Below are positions 35,330 to 44,738 of a stretch of DNA of 64,000 nt, piece after piece (the stretch's first letter is position 1; every line of letters begins with the position of its first letter). This stretch comes from Actinomycetes bacterium (GTDB taxonomy: Bacteria; Actinomycetota; Actinomycetes; S36-B12). The notes under the pieces were generated by a model. The model was not told where the DNA came from, did no database searches, and worked only from the letters and a program-made list of their open reading frames with translations. The stretch covers positions 11,110-75,109 of the forward strand of contig JAHECS010000003.1 of the NCBI GenBank assembly GCA_024641635.1. The letters run 5' to 3'. Position numbers and translations under genes: made by a program.

Positions 35330-36768
35330 GTCGCCCCATCCGCGGCATCGCCATCGTGCTGGGCGTCCTGCTCCTCGCCCTTCTCGTCAACGTCACGATC
35401 ATCCAGGTGGTGCTCGCGGGCGACTACCGCGATCGTCCGGGGAACCAGCGGATCCTCCTCGAGGAGTACGACCGGGAGCGCGGGCCCATCCTCGTGGGAT
35501 CGGACCCGGTCGCGCGGTCCAAGGAGACCGGCGACACCCTGCGCTACCTGCGCGTCTACCCCAACGGCCCGATGTACGCGCCGGTCACCGGCTTCTACTC
35601 GCTCATCTACGGGGCCACCGGGCTCGAGCGCACCGAGAACCGCATCCTCACGGGAAAGTCCGCCCTCTTCGTCGTGGACCGGGCCGAGCAGCTCTTCGCC
35701 GGCCTGGAGCCGCGCGGCGGAGCGGTGACGACGACCGTCAACGCCAGGGCCCAGCGGGCCGCCTTCGCCGGGCTGCGCGGGAAGAAGGGCGCCGTCGTCG
35801 CCATCGAGCCGGCGACGGGACGGATCCTGGCGAGCGTCCAGTCCCCGTCCTTCGACCCGAACATCCTCTCCAGCCACGACCCGGCCAGGATCCGCACCTA
35901 CTACACGTCGCTGGAGGCGGATCCGGCCAAGCCGCTGCTGAACCGGCCCATCGTCTCGCTCAACCCGCCGGGCTCCACCTTCAAGATCGTGACTGCCGCG
36001 GCCGCCCTGGCGTCGGGCCGCTTCACGCCGGATTCGGTCATTCCGGGTCCGCGGGCCTACAACCTGCCGGACTCCAGCCGGAAGATCAGGAACTGGAACG
36101 GCCAGGCGTGCGGCGTCAACAACCTGGTGAGCCTTCGGGAAGCGCTCGCCGTCTCCTGCAACACGGCGTTCGCCTGGCTCGGCAATGAGCTCGGCGACGA
36201 GGCGCTCCGCACGCAGGCGGAGCTGATGGGCTTCGACGAGTCCTTCGCCATCCCCTTGCGCGCCGCCACCTCACGCTTCCCCGAGGATCCCGATGCGCCA
36301 CAGACGGCGATGTCGGCGATCGGCCAGTTCGACGTCCGGGCCACGGCCCTTCAGATGGCCATGGTGGCGGCTGCTGTCGGCAACAGCGGCACGACGATGA
36401 CTCCCTACCTCGTGCAGGAGGTGCGAGGGCCGGACCTCTCGATCCTGCAGACGACGGAGCCGGTCACGTACGCCCAGTCCATGACTCCGCTCAACGCCGC
36501 ACAGCTCACCGAGATGATGGTGAACGTCGTGGACAACGGCACCGGGAGCAACGCCAAGATCTCCGGGGTGCGAGTGGCGGGCAAGACCGGCACGGCACAG
36601 ACGGGGAACGACAATCCGGCGGTGGCGTGGTTCGTGGCGTTCGCACCCGCGCAGTCGCCCGAGGTGGCGGTCGCCGTCATGGTGGAGGATGCGGGAGCAC
36701 CCGAGGTCAGCGGCAACCAGCTTGCCGCGCCGATCGCCAGGGACGTCATCGAGGCTGTGCTGCGCTGA
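35326..36768 (+). CDS. pbpA: Class B penicillin-binding protein PbpA
   Basis: PGSTFK (SxxK), SCN (SxN), KTG. Confidence 0.92.
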   Translation: MSRPIRGIAIVLGVLLLALLVNVTIIQVVLAGDYRDRPGNQRILLEEYDRERGPILVGSDPVARSKETGDTLRYLRVYPNGPMYAPVTGFYSLIYGATGLERTENRILTGKSALFVVDRAEQLFAGLEPRGGAVTTTVNARAQRAAFAGLRGKKGAVVAIEPATGRILASVQSPSFDPNILSSHDPARIRTYYTSLEADPAKPLLNRPIVSLNPPGSTFKIVTAAAALASGRFTPDSVIPGPRAYNLPDSSRKIRNWNGQACGVNNLVSLREALAVSCNTAFAWLGNELGDEALRTQAELMGFDESFAIPLRAATSRFPEDPDAPQTAMSAIGQFDVRATALQMAMVAAAVGNSGTTMTPYLVQEVRGPDLSILQTTEPVTYAQSMTPLNAAQLTEMMVNVVDNGTGSNAKISGVRVAGKTGTAQTGNDNPAVAWFVAFAPAQSPEVAVAVMVEDAGAPEVSGNQLAAPIARDVIEAVLR

Positions 36769-36798
36769 GATGATCACCCCAACTGAGAGTATGGAGCC

Positions 36799-38595
36799 AT
36801 GACGACCGATCCCGGCGCCGCCCGCATGCTCGGTGACCGATACGAGATCGGTGAGGTGATCGGCCGAGGTGGGATGGCCGAGGTGCACGAGGGGCGCGAT
36901 CTGCGCCTCGGTCGTCGCGTGGCCGTGAAGATCCTTCGCCCCGACCTGGCGAAGGACCCCACCTTCCAGGCCCGGTTCCGTCGAGAGGCGCAGTCCGCGG
37001 CGGCACTCAACCACCCCAACATCGTCGCCGTGTACGACACCGGCGAGGACGCACTCACGTCACCGAACGGCGACCGGATCGTCGTGCCGTACATCGTCAT
37101 GGAGTTCGTCGACGGCATGACCCTGCGCCAGCTGCTGGCCAGTGGGCGCCGACTGCTTCCCGAGCGGGCCCTGGAGATCACCGCCGGCATCCTGGCGGCA
37201 CTCGACTACGCACACCGGCACGGGATCGTCCACCGTGACATCAAGCCAGCCAACGTCATGCTGACCCGCACGGGTGACGTGAAGGTCATGGACTTCGGCA
37301 TCGCGCGCGCGATGAACGACGCCGGCACGACGATGACGTCGGCGTCCGCGGTCATGGGCACGGCGCAGTACCTGTCCCCCGAGCAGGCACGCGGCGAGGT
37401 CGTCGACGCGCGCAGCGACCTCTACTCCTGCGGTGTCCTCCTGTACGAGCTGCTGACCGGTCGCCCGCCCTTCACGGGCGACTCCCCCGTCTCCATCGCG
37501 TACCAGCACGTGAGCGAGATGCCGGTCCCGCCGTCACAGGTCGATCCGGGCGTGACGGCCGAGGTGGACGCGGTGGTGCTGCACGCCCTCGCGAAGCGCG
37601 CCGACGACCGCTACCAGACGGCAGCCGACTTCCGGGCCGACGTGGAGCGCGCCATCGCCGGCTCCCCGGTCACGGCCGCGGTCCCCATGGTCACCAGCGA
37701 CAAGACACAGATGATGCCGCCCGTGCAGGCGGCCGCGTCTCCGGCGGAGGCGATGTACGACCTGGATCGACGTCCGCACCGACGCCGAGGATTCGCCTTC
37801 TGGGCGCTGAGCATCGTGGGAATCGTCGCGGCCATCATCGGGGCGCTGCTCATCGGCCGCTTCGTGTTCGGTGGGACGTCGGCGACGCAGGTGCAGGTGC
37901 CCAACCTGGACGGGCTCACCATCCAGCAGGCGACCGACACGCTCGTGTCGTATGAGCTCCGCCTCGGCGCGCAGACCCCGGAGATCTCCGACCGCCCGAT
38001 CGACACGATCATCGCGCAGCAGCCCGCTGCGGGAGAGAGCATCGAGCAGGGGCAGTCCGTCAACGTGACGGTGTCGAGCGGGCTCGAGCAGGTCACCGTC
38101 CCACAGCTCATCGCCCTGACGTCGGTGGAAGCCGCCCGCATCGCCCTCGAGGACGCGAACCTCGTCCTGGGCGCCATCAAGGAGAAGAACTCCGCCCAGC
38201 CAGCAGGCTATGTCCTCGCCCAGGACCCGGAGGAGGGCACGCAGATCGATGCCGGAACGGCGGTCGACATCACCGTCTCGTCCGGCCTGATCAAGGTCCC
38301 CAAGGTGGTCGGGAGCAGCGAGGCACAGGCCCGTAGCGATCTGGCGCAGGCTGGCTTCGACGTCCAGGTCGTCGAGATCCAGGACGGCACGGTGTCGTCG
38401 GGCACCGTTCTCGCGCAGTCACCGCAGGGCGGGGAACTCCTGCCGCGGGGCTCGGTCGTGACGATCACGGTGTCGACGTCCCCACCCCTGCCCCCGACTC
38501 CGACGGCGGAGCCCACACCGACGGAGCAGCCCACGCCGACGGAGGCGCCACCCAGCCCCGCGCCGGTGCCCAGCGAGTTCGCGCCGGCCGGCTGA
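36799..38595 (+). CDS. pknB: PASTA-domain Ser/Thr kinase PknB
   Basis: GRGGMAEV, VAVK, HRDIKPAN, DFG, GTAQYLSPEQ; TM and three PASTA repeats. Confidence 0.95.
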   Translation: MTTDPGAARMLGDRYEIGEVIGRGGMAEVHEGRDLRLGRRVAVKILRPDLAKDPTFQARFRREAQSAAALNHPNIVAVYDTGEDALTSPNGDRIVVPYIVMEFVDGMTLRQLLASGRRLLPERALEITAGILAALDYAHRHGIVHRDIKPANVMLTRTGDVKVMDFGIARAMNDAGTTMTSASAVMGTAQYLSPEQARGEVVDARSDLYSCGVLLYELLTGRPPFTGDSPVSIAYQHVSEMPVPPSQVDPGVTAEVDAVVLHALAKRADDRYQTAADFRADVERAIAGSPVTAAVPMVTSDKTQMMPPVQAAASPAEAMYDLDRRPHRRRGFAFWALSIVGIVAAIIGALLIGRFVFGGTSATQVQVPNLDGLTIQQATDTLVSYELRLGAQTPEISDRPIDTIIAQQPAAGESIEQGQSVNVTVSSGLEQVTVPQLIALTSVEAARIALEDANLVLGAIKEKNSAQPAGYVLAQDPEEGTQIDAGTAVDITVSSGLIKVPKVVGSSEAQARSDLAQAGFDVQVVEIQDGTVSSGTVLAQSPQGGELLPRGSVVTITVSTSPPLPPTPTAEPTPTEQPTPTEAPPSPAPVPSEFAPAG

Positions 38596-38599
38596 CCGG

Positions 38600-39226
38600 C
38601 TATCCGACGACCGCTGCCAGGTGGGTCGCGCGGTCGCGTGCGGCAGGGTCGCCGCATTCGGCAAGCCAGTTGGCCAGCATCGCGTGACCGCCTTCGGTGA
38701 GGACGGACTCGGGGTGGAACTGAACCCCCTCGACAGGGAGATCACGGTGCCGAAGCGCCATGATGACTCCGCCCTGCGTCCTGGCGGTCACCACGAGCTC
38801 GTCTGGCACGGTCTCGGGGTCGACGGCCAGGGAGTGGTAGCGGGTCGCCGTGAACGGTGACGGCAGGCCGGCGAGCACGCCGACGCCCTCGTGAACGACT
38901 TCCGAGGTCTTGCCGTGCAGCAGCTCCGGAGCGCGTGACACGGTTGCGCCGTACGCCGCTGCAATGGCCTGATGCCCGAGGCAGACCCCGAGGATCGGCA
39001 CCTTCCCCGAGCACTCGGACACGATGTCCATGCACACCCCGGCGTGCTCCGGGATGCCAGGCCCGGGGCTCAGGAGGATGCCGTCGTATCCGAGGGCTTC
39101 ACTGGGCGTGACCTCGTCGTTCCGCCGAACGTCGACGTCCGCGCCGAGCTGGGCGAGGTACTGAACGAGGTTGAAGACGAACGAGTCGTAGTTGTCGACG
39201 ACGAGGATGCGGGCCACGAGAGTCAT
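38600..39226 (-). CDS. pabA: Aminodeoxychorismate/anthranilate synthase glutamine amidotransferase subunit
   Basis: VDNYDSF, SPGPG, GVCLGHQ, RYHSL, QFHPES. Confidence 0.92.
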   Translation of the reverse strand: MTLVARILVVDNYDSFVFNLVQYLAQLGADVDVRRNDEVTPSEALGYDGILLSPGPGIPEHAGVCMDIVSECSGKVPILGVCLGHQAIAAAYGATVSRAPELLHGKTSEVVHEGVGVLAGLPSPFTATRYHSLAVDPETVPDELVVTARTQGGVIMALRHRDLPVEGVQFHPESVLTEGGHAMLANWLAECGDPAARDRATHLAAVVG

Positions 39227-40032
39227 TGTTGCGCCTGCGACGCCGACGCGGACGCGGCAGGGTCGGCGCCGGGCGTCAGGGGAATCGGCACGCGCGCGTA
39301 CTCCGTGGTGATCGAGCCCTCGTAGCCCGGAATCGTGGTCTCCGCGGACCGTGACAGCTCGTATCCGAGTCCCACGGCACCAGCCCAGTCTCGGTAGGCG
39401 GAGACCATCGGGTCTTCACGCAGGCTGGCACGCATCTTCTTGACCGGCCCGACCGCCGTGATGACGAAGGGCGGCGAGTACACCCGCCCGTGCAGGAGCA
39501 GGGTGTTGCCCACGCACTGGATCGAGCTGGTGTTGATGATGCGCTGGTCCATCACCTGGATGCCGGTGGCACCGCCTCGCCACAGGGCGTTGACGACGGC
39601 CTGGACGTCGGCCTGGTGGACGATGACATCGTCCGGAGTGAGGGTCTGCCACAGCGGATCATCCGGCTCGCGCAGGGGCGCGTCGTCCAGGGACACGGTC
39701 AGGGACCGGCCGGTGACGGGAGTGAGCCCCACATCATCCTTCAGCCCTTCGATGGCGTTGCGGGCGACGACGGCCTCGGGATCGCCGACGCGCCCCGCGG
39801 CAAGGTCATCCACGATGCGCTGGCTGGCGGCGACCGAGTCCTCCAGGCGGACCACACGCTCGGACTTCTGGCGGACGAGGTCACGGAGCTCGAGTGCCCG
39901 CTGCGCCCTGAGGTCGGTGCCCTGGGACGTGGTGGCAGCGGCGGCGAACATGATCCCCGCGAGGGCGAACACCAGCCCGCTCACCAGCACCGCGGGATGC
40001 AGGCGGGAGAGCGGGAGCGATGGTCGCTGCAT
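39223..40032 (-). CDS. DUF881 family membrane protein
   Basis: TM plus coil, VSLDDAP, VHQADVQAVVNALW, CVGNTLLLHGRVYSPP; conserved position next to crgA. Confidence 0.88.
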   Translation of the reverse strand: MQRPSLPLSRLHPAVLVSGLVFALAGIMFAAAATTSQGTDLRAQRALELRDLVRQKSERVVRLEDSVAASQRIVDDLAAGRVGDPEAVVARNAIEGLKDDVGLTPVTGRSLTVSLDDAPLREPDDPLWQTLTPDDVIVHQADVQAVVNALWRGGATGIQVMDQRIINTSSIQCVGNTLLLHGRVYSPPFVITAVGPVKKMRASLREDPMVSAYRDWAGAVGLGYELSRSAETTIPGYEGSITTEYARVPIPLTPGADPAASASASQAQQ

Positions 40033-40109
40033 TCGCCCACGGTAACTCCAGCCCGCCCGGATGCGTATGGCAGGCTTGGGGGCCACACCGTGCCACTGGG
40101 AGGACCAAG

Positions 40110-40376
40110 GTGCCTGAGTCCAAGGGCCGCAAGAAGGCCGCGTACACGCCCCCGCCCACGACCAAGGGTGAGCGGAAGGTCGCGCGCCTCGGCTCGCCGT
40201 CGTGGCTGGCGCCGACCATGGTCGCGCTCTTCGTCATCGGGCTGACCTACATCGTGATCTTCTACATCGCGGGATCGCAGATCCCCGGGATGCGAGACCT
40301 CAGCCCGCTGATCAACGTCGGCATCGGCTTCGCCTTCATCGCCGGCGGCTTCGTCCTGGCCACCCGCTGGCGCTAG
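40110..40376 (+). CDS. crgA: Cell division protein CrgA
   Basis: MPESKGRKK, SPSWLAP, two TMs, C-terminal TRWR; GGAGG RBS. Confidence 0.92.
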   Translation: MPESKGRKKAAYTPPPTTKGERKVARLGSPSWLAPTMVALFVIGLTYIVIFYIAGSQIPGMRDLSPLINVGIGFAFIAGGFVLATRWR

Positions 40377-40417
40377 CGCGCATACGGCTCAGCCTCGCTG
40401 ACTTACACCCCTGTCAT

Positions 40418-40467
40418 TCATCCCCAACTGGGGAAAGCCTGTGGACAACCTCGTGCGCTTGTGCACA
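40418..40467. promoter_or_regulatory. Satellite cluster of DnaA-box-like 9-mers
   Basis: TCATCCCCA 40418, TGGGGAAAG 40429, TGTGGACAA 40440 (reverse complement TTGTCCACA), TTGTGCACA 40459. Confidence 0.7.
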
Positions 40468-40471
40468 GGAG

Positions 40472-41629
40472 TCACAGCAGTTCAAGAATTGTGGCGTTGG
40501 CCATGCCGCCGCCTTCGCACATCGTCTGCAGCCCATAGCGGATGCCGTCCTGCCGCATGCGGTGCACGAGCGTCGTCATGAGACGGGCTCCCGAGGCCCC
40601 GAGCGGGTGTCCGAGCGCGATGGCTCCACCACGGGCGTTCGTCAGCGCCGGATCGGCGCCCAGGTCGGCGTACCAGGCACCCAGCACCGACGCGAAGGCC
40701 TCGTTCACCTCGAAGGCGCCGATATCCGAGAGCTGGAGACCGGCACGCTTGAGGACCCGCTCCGTGGCCGGGATAGGGCCGGTGAGCATGATGACCGGAT
40801 CCACCCCGGCCATCGCGACCGTGTGCACCCGCGCCAGCGGCGCCAGGCCGAGCTCCCTGGCCTTCTCGCCGCTCATGATGAGAAGGGCCGCCGAGCCATC
40901 CGAGATCTGCGAGGCATTGCCTGCCGTCACGACGCCATCCGCCTGGAACGGCGTCTTGAGCCCGGCCAGTGACTCCATCGACGTACCCGGACGAACGCCC
41001 TGATCCTGGGACACCGTCCCGCTGGGAGTCTCGACTGTGACGATCTCGTCGTCGAACAGCCCGTCCTGCTGGGCCTGCGCAGCGCGCGCGTGCGACGCCA
41101 AGGCGATCTCGTCGAGGTACTCGCGCGACAGGTTCCAGCGATCGGCGATCATCTCGGCGCTGATGCCCTGGTTCACCAGCCCGTTGTCGTAGCGCGCATG
41201 CATGCTCGCGGGGAAGGGACCGTCACCTCCCACCATGTTCGAGAACATCGGCACCCGGGACATCGACTCGACTCCGCCGGCGATCACCACGTCGTAGTGC
41301 CCTGCCACGACCCCGGCCGCCGCGAAGTGGACCGCCTGCTGGCTCGAGCCGCACTGCCGGTCGATGGTCACCCCGGTGACGTCCTCGGGGAATCCGGCCG
41401 ACAGGACGGCGTTGCGTGCGGCGTTGCCACTCTGCTCGCCCACCTGGGACACCGCCCCCCAGATGACGTCGTCGACGAGCTCCGGGTCGACCCCGGCACG
41501 GGCGGTGACCTCCTGGAGCACCCGCGCGGAGAGGTCGATCGGGTGGACCCCGCTCAAGGCCCCCTTCTCGGGCTTGCCAATGCCTACGGGCGTACGGACT
41601 GCAGAGACGATGACGGCGTCGGTGGTCAT
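40472..41629 (-). CDS. Thiolase (acetyl-CoA C-acyltransferase)
   Basis: RQCGSSQ, GGVESMS, TAGNASQISDG, NEAFA, GHPLGASG, MCEGGG. Confidence 0.93.
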   Translation of the reverse strand: MTTDAVIVSAVRTPVGIGKPEKGALSGVHPIDLSARVLQEVTARAGVDPELVDDVIWGAVSQVGEQSGNAARNAVLSAGFPEDVTGVTIDRQCGSSQQAVHFAAAGVVAGHYDVVIAGGVESMSRVPMFSNMVGGDGPFPASMHARYDNGLVNQGISAEMIADRWNLSREYLDEIALASHARAAQAQQDGLFDDEIVTVETPSGTVSQDQGVRPGTSMESLAGLKTPFQADGVVTAGNASQISDGSAALLIMSGEKARELGLAPLARVHTVAMAGVDPVIMLTGPIPATERVLKRAGLQLSDIGAFEVNEAFASVLGAWYADLGADPALTNARGGAIALGHPLGASGARLMTTLVHRMRQDGIRYGLQTMCEGGGMANATILELL

Positions 41630-41646
41630 GCCCACATCATGCGCCG

Positions 41647-42519
41647 TCAGGCGTTGATCTGTCCCAACGGGGCCAGCAGCTCGTTGATCTGGGCGGTCTG
41701 CCACGCGGCCATCGCCGCCAGCGCGAACACCACTGCGAGAAGGCCGCTCACCTGCACCGCGGTCCGATGCCGACGGGCCGGGAACACCATGATCGCGGCG
41801 ACCACGGCGCCGGTCACGAGGCCACCGAGATGGGCCCTCCAGTCGACTCCCGGTGCGAGGAAGCCGATGACCACGTTGATGCCCAGCAGGATGAGTACCT
41901 GGGTCACGTCGTAGCGCAGCCGACGCCCGGCCACGACCAGGGCGCCCATGAGTCCGAAGATCGCGCCACTCGCTCCGACGGAGACCGTGCGGATGTCAGA
42001 GAAGACGTACGACGCCACGCCTCCGCCCAACGCGGCGAGCAGGTACAGGGTCAGGTACCGGCCGTGGCCGAGGATCCGTTCGAGGGTCGGCCCGAGGGCG
42101 AAGAGCACGTACATGTTGAAGGCGATGTGGAGGAACGAGCCGTGCAGGAAGGCGGCTGTCAGCAGCCGCCACCACTCGCCGCCGATGGCGACGCCGACCG
42201 GCCACATCCCCCAGTCCGCTGCGACCGCGTTGATCCCGACCGCGAACTGGACGAGGAAGATCGCGACATTGATGCCGATCAACGAGTACGTGACCGTCGG
42301 ACGAGAGATCGGCGTACCCCCCGCCGGTGTCGTCGCCCGGCGCGTGCTGGTCGCCGCTGCGTTCACGCACTCGGGGCACTGGAACCCGACGGGAGCAGCC
42401 ACCATGCACTCGGTGCAGATGGGTCGATCACAGCGGGTGCAGCGGATCCCCGTCGGACGATCCTGATGCCGGTAGCAGCCGGGAAGTGCAACGGGTTGCT
42501 GCGGAACGGGATCCGTCAC
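41647..42519 (-). CDS. Rhomboid intramembrane serine protease with N-terminal Cys-rich zinc finger
   Basis: CYRH...CTRC...CTEC...CPEC; WRLL, HIAFNM, GASG, AHLGG. Confidence 0.92.
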   Translation of the reverse strand: MTDPVPQQPVALPGCYRHQDRPTGIRCTRCDRPICTECMVAAPVGFQCPECVNAAATSTRRATTPAGGTPISRPTVTYSLIGINVAIFLVQFAVGINAVAADWGMWPVGVAIGGEWWRLLTAAFLHGSFLHIAFNMYVLFALGPTLERILGHGRYLTLYLLAALGGGVASYVFSDIRTVSVGASGAIFGLMGALVVAGRRLRYDVTQVLILLGINVVIGFLAPGVDWRAHLGGLVTGAVVAAIMVFPARRHRTAVQVSGLLAVVFALAAMAAWQTAQINELLAPLGQINA

Positions 42520-42527
42520 CAGGGTGC

Positions 42528-43046
42528 TTAGTCGCGAACGATGTCGATCGAGGAGATGACGACATCCTCGCGAGGACGGTCGCCGGGACCGGTGGGGACG
42601 GCAGCGATGGCATCGACGACGTCGCGCGACTCCTGGTCCGCCACCTCTCCGAAGATGCTGTGCTTGAAGTTCAGCCAGGTGGTCGGCTTGACGGTGATGA
42701 AGAACTGCGACCCGTTCGTGTTCGGTCCGGCGTTGGCCATCGCGAGCAGGTAGGGACGGTCGAAGGACAGCTCGGGGTGGAACTCGTCCGCCTCCCGGAA
42801 CCCCGGACCGCCCGTCCCCGTCCCCAGCGGGTCGCCGCCCTGGATCATGAAGTCGGGGATGATGCGATGGAAGATCGTCCCGTCGTAGAGCGGGGCTGTC
42901 GACTTGGCCCGTACCCGCGGGTCCGTCCACTCCTTCGTGCCCTCGGCCAGCCCGGTGAAGTTGCGCACGGTCTTCGGTGCCTGGTCGGCGAACAGGGTGA
43001 CCCTGATGTCACCGAGGTTCGTGTGGATGGTCGCTGTTGTCGTCAT
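42528..43046 (-). CDS. ppiA: Cyclophilin-type peptidyl-prolyl isomerase
   Basis: APKTVRNF, FHRII, FMIQGGDP, AMANAGPNTNGSQFFIT. Confidence 0.94.
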   Translation of the reverse strand: MTTTATIHTNLGDIRVTLFADQAPKTVRNFTGLAEGTKEWTDPRVRAKSTAPLYDGTIFHRIIPDFMIQGGDPLGTGTGGPGFREADEFHPELSFDRPYLLAMANAGPNTNGSQFFITVKPTTWLNFKHSIFGEVADQESRDVVDAIAAVPTGPGDRPREDVVISSIDIVRD

Positions 43047-43135
43047 GCCGGCAATCCTGCCGCATGTGCGTGTGCCCGCACCGCCGGGGGCGGTGCGGGC
43101 ACATGGCCGACCAGGTCGCGCACTCGCGCGAGCGG

Positions 43136-43834
43136 CTACTCGGCCAGCAGCGCGTAGATGCGCTTGCGGGCGTCCGTCAGGATTGCGGTGACCGCCCGCA
43201 CCTGATCGGGATCGTTCAGCTGGCTGACCTGCCGCACGGCGGCGCCAAGCTGCCGGCCCTCGGCCCACATGGTCATGGCCTCCTCCTCACCGGGCGCCGC
43301 GGACTGCGTCCACGGTTCCCCCCATGTCGTGCCCTCGGCATCGACGAGGGCACGTCCGGATGGCGTGAGGGAGAAGATCCTCTTGCCGTCGGTGTGCGCC
43401 GCCTCGACCAGTCCCTCGCGGGCCAGCCTCTTGAGCACCGGATAGATCGATCCGGGTGAGGGCTGCCACTGCCCCTCGCTGCGGTCGGCGACCTCGGTGA
43501 TGATCTCGTAGCCATGCCGCGGCTGCTCCGCGAGGAGCAGCAGGATGGCGGCCCGGACGTCGCCGCGTTCGCGACGTCGCCCACGTGGCGGGCCCCAGGG
43601 ACCTCGCCCCCATGGGCCCGGTCCCGGCCCTCCGGGTCGATGGTGAGGCCCGCCACGGCGCCGGCGGCCGGCGTCTGGCGTGGTGTCGTCTTCTGCGGAC
43701 TCCCGGGGATCGCCCGACGCCTCGGACATCGCGGCGATCCACCGCGCATGGCGGCGGTGACGGCGGTGCCCCATGCCGGGGCCTTCACGCCAGGCCCACG
43801 GCCCTGGTCCGCTCATTGGTTCTGCGTAGCTCAC
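43136..43834 (-). CDS. PadR family transcriptional regulator
   Basis: RGDVRAAILLLLAEQPRHGYEII, WQPSPGSIYP; start uncertain (43834 or 43816). Confidence 0.88.
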   Translation of the reverse strand: MSYAEPMSGPGPWAWREGPGMGHRRHRRHARWIAAMSEASGDPRESAEDDTTPDAGRRRRGGPHHRPGGPGPGPWGRGPWGPPRGRRRERGDVRAAILLLLAEQPRHGYEIITEVADRSEGQWQPSPGSIYPVLKRLAREGLVEAAHTDGKRIFSLTPSGRALVDAEGTTWGEPWTQSAAPGEEEAMTMWAEGRQLGAAVRQVSQLNDPDQVRAVTAILTDARKRIYALLAE

Positions 43835-43851
43835 GTATGTTCCTACTTCCT

Positions 43852-43904
43852 ATCGCAACTGTTTGCGATGTAGTCACGATATATCGCGTCAATACCGCTG
43901 TCAA
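43852..43904 (-). promoter_or_regulatory. padR promoter with overlapping palindromic operators
   Basis: TTGACA-N17-TATCGT on minus strand; palindrome CGATATATCG at 43877-43886; inverted repeat ATCGCAA-N4-TTGCGAT at 43852-43869. Confidence 0.7.
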
Positions 43905-43940
43905 GTGATGGGGTGATCTCTGGGAAATGGGGGGTGAGGG

Positions 43941-44013
43941 TGGAGGCTAGGGGACTCGAACCCCTGACTTCTGCCTTGCAAAGGCAGCGCTCTACCAGCT
44001 GAGCTAAGCCCCC
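43941..44013 (-). tRNA. tRNA-Ala(TGC)
   Basis: GGGGGCT/AGCCTCC acceptor with G3:U70, anticodon arm CTGCC-TTTGCAA-GGCAG, TTCGA T-loop. Confidence 0.96.
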
Positions 44014-44059
44014 GTGGTACCTCGTGTCAGGTCACCGGGAACGAGTTGTACGACGAGGG

Positions 44060-44185
44060 TCAGCGGAGGTCGGGCTCCATGGTGGCCTCGGACCAGAGGT
44101 CCTGCTCGGCCTTCTTGGCCATGACCTGTCGGTACACGACGTAGCCGACGCCAGCGAGGATGACGAGGAGGAGGAGCTTCTTCAT
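44060..44185 (-). CDS. DLW-39 family small membrane protein (41 aa)
   Basis: MKKLLLLVILAGVGYVVYRQVMAKKAEQDLWSEATMEPDLR, between tRNA-Ile and tRNA-Ala; TAGGCT -10 box 6 nt before ATG. Confidence 0.85.
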   Translation of the reverse strand: MKKLLLLVILAGVGYVVYRQVMAKKAEQDLWSEATMEPDLR

Positions 44186-44215
44186 GTGACGAGCCTACCT
44201 TCGGACGAATGCGGG

Positions 44216-44293
44216 TGGTGGGCCTAGGTGGACTTGAACCACCGACCTCTTCCTTATCAGGGAAGCGCTCTAACCAAACTGAGCTATAGGCCC
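44216..44293 (-). tRNA. tRNA-Ile(GAT)
   Basis: GGGCCTA/TAGGCCC acceptor, anticodon arm CTTCC-CTGATAA-GGAAG, encoded CCA. Confidence 0.96.
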
Positions 44294-44345
44294 GAACGTC
44301 GGCAGAGACTACCCGACTCCTCCGGGCTGCCGGAAACCGGTCAGA

Positions 44346-44738
44346 TCACGGCTCGTCCGACAGGACGACCTCGATCCCGCCGGTCAGTCCGACCATGAGG
44401 TTGTACATGATCGCGAACAGGGTCGCCAGCAACGAGACCAGGATGATCTCGACCGACGCGACGATGATCGCGACGCCCATGACGCGCGAGAGCTCGAGGT
44501 AGCTGAGCAGGTCGAAGCCGGTGGTAGCCGTGCCGATGACCTCGTCGAACGTCCGCGAGATGGTGACGAAGAACCCCGTGACATCGAGGACCCACCACAG
44601 GGCGGCGACCGCGACGACGATGACGATGCCGAGGGCGAGGGCGAGCAGGAAGGCCGCCTTCGTCACCGACCAGGGGTCCACCCGGGTGACGTAGAGCCGC
44701 GCTCTCCTGGGCGCGCGGGTCCCGTCACCGGAGGTCAC
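44346..44738 (-). CDS. DUF3566 membrane protein
   Basis: [16 protein letters not shown]...YNL...GGIEV; usual position after gyrA. Confidence 0.88.
   Translation of the reverse strand: MTSGDGTRAPRRARLYVTRVDPWSVTKAAFLLALALGIVIVVAVAALWWVLDVTGFFVTISRTFDEVIGTATTGFDLLSYLELSRVMGVAIIVASVEIILVSLLATLFAIMYNLMVGLTGGIEVVLSDEP

Noticed and set aside
38480-38590. PTPT/PTE repeats at the pknB C-terminus
   Set aside because: Ordinary Pro/Thr low-complexity tail.
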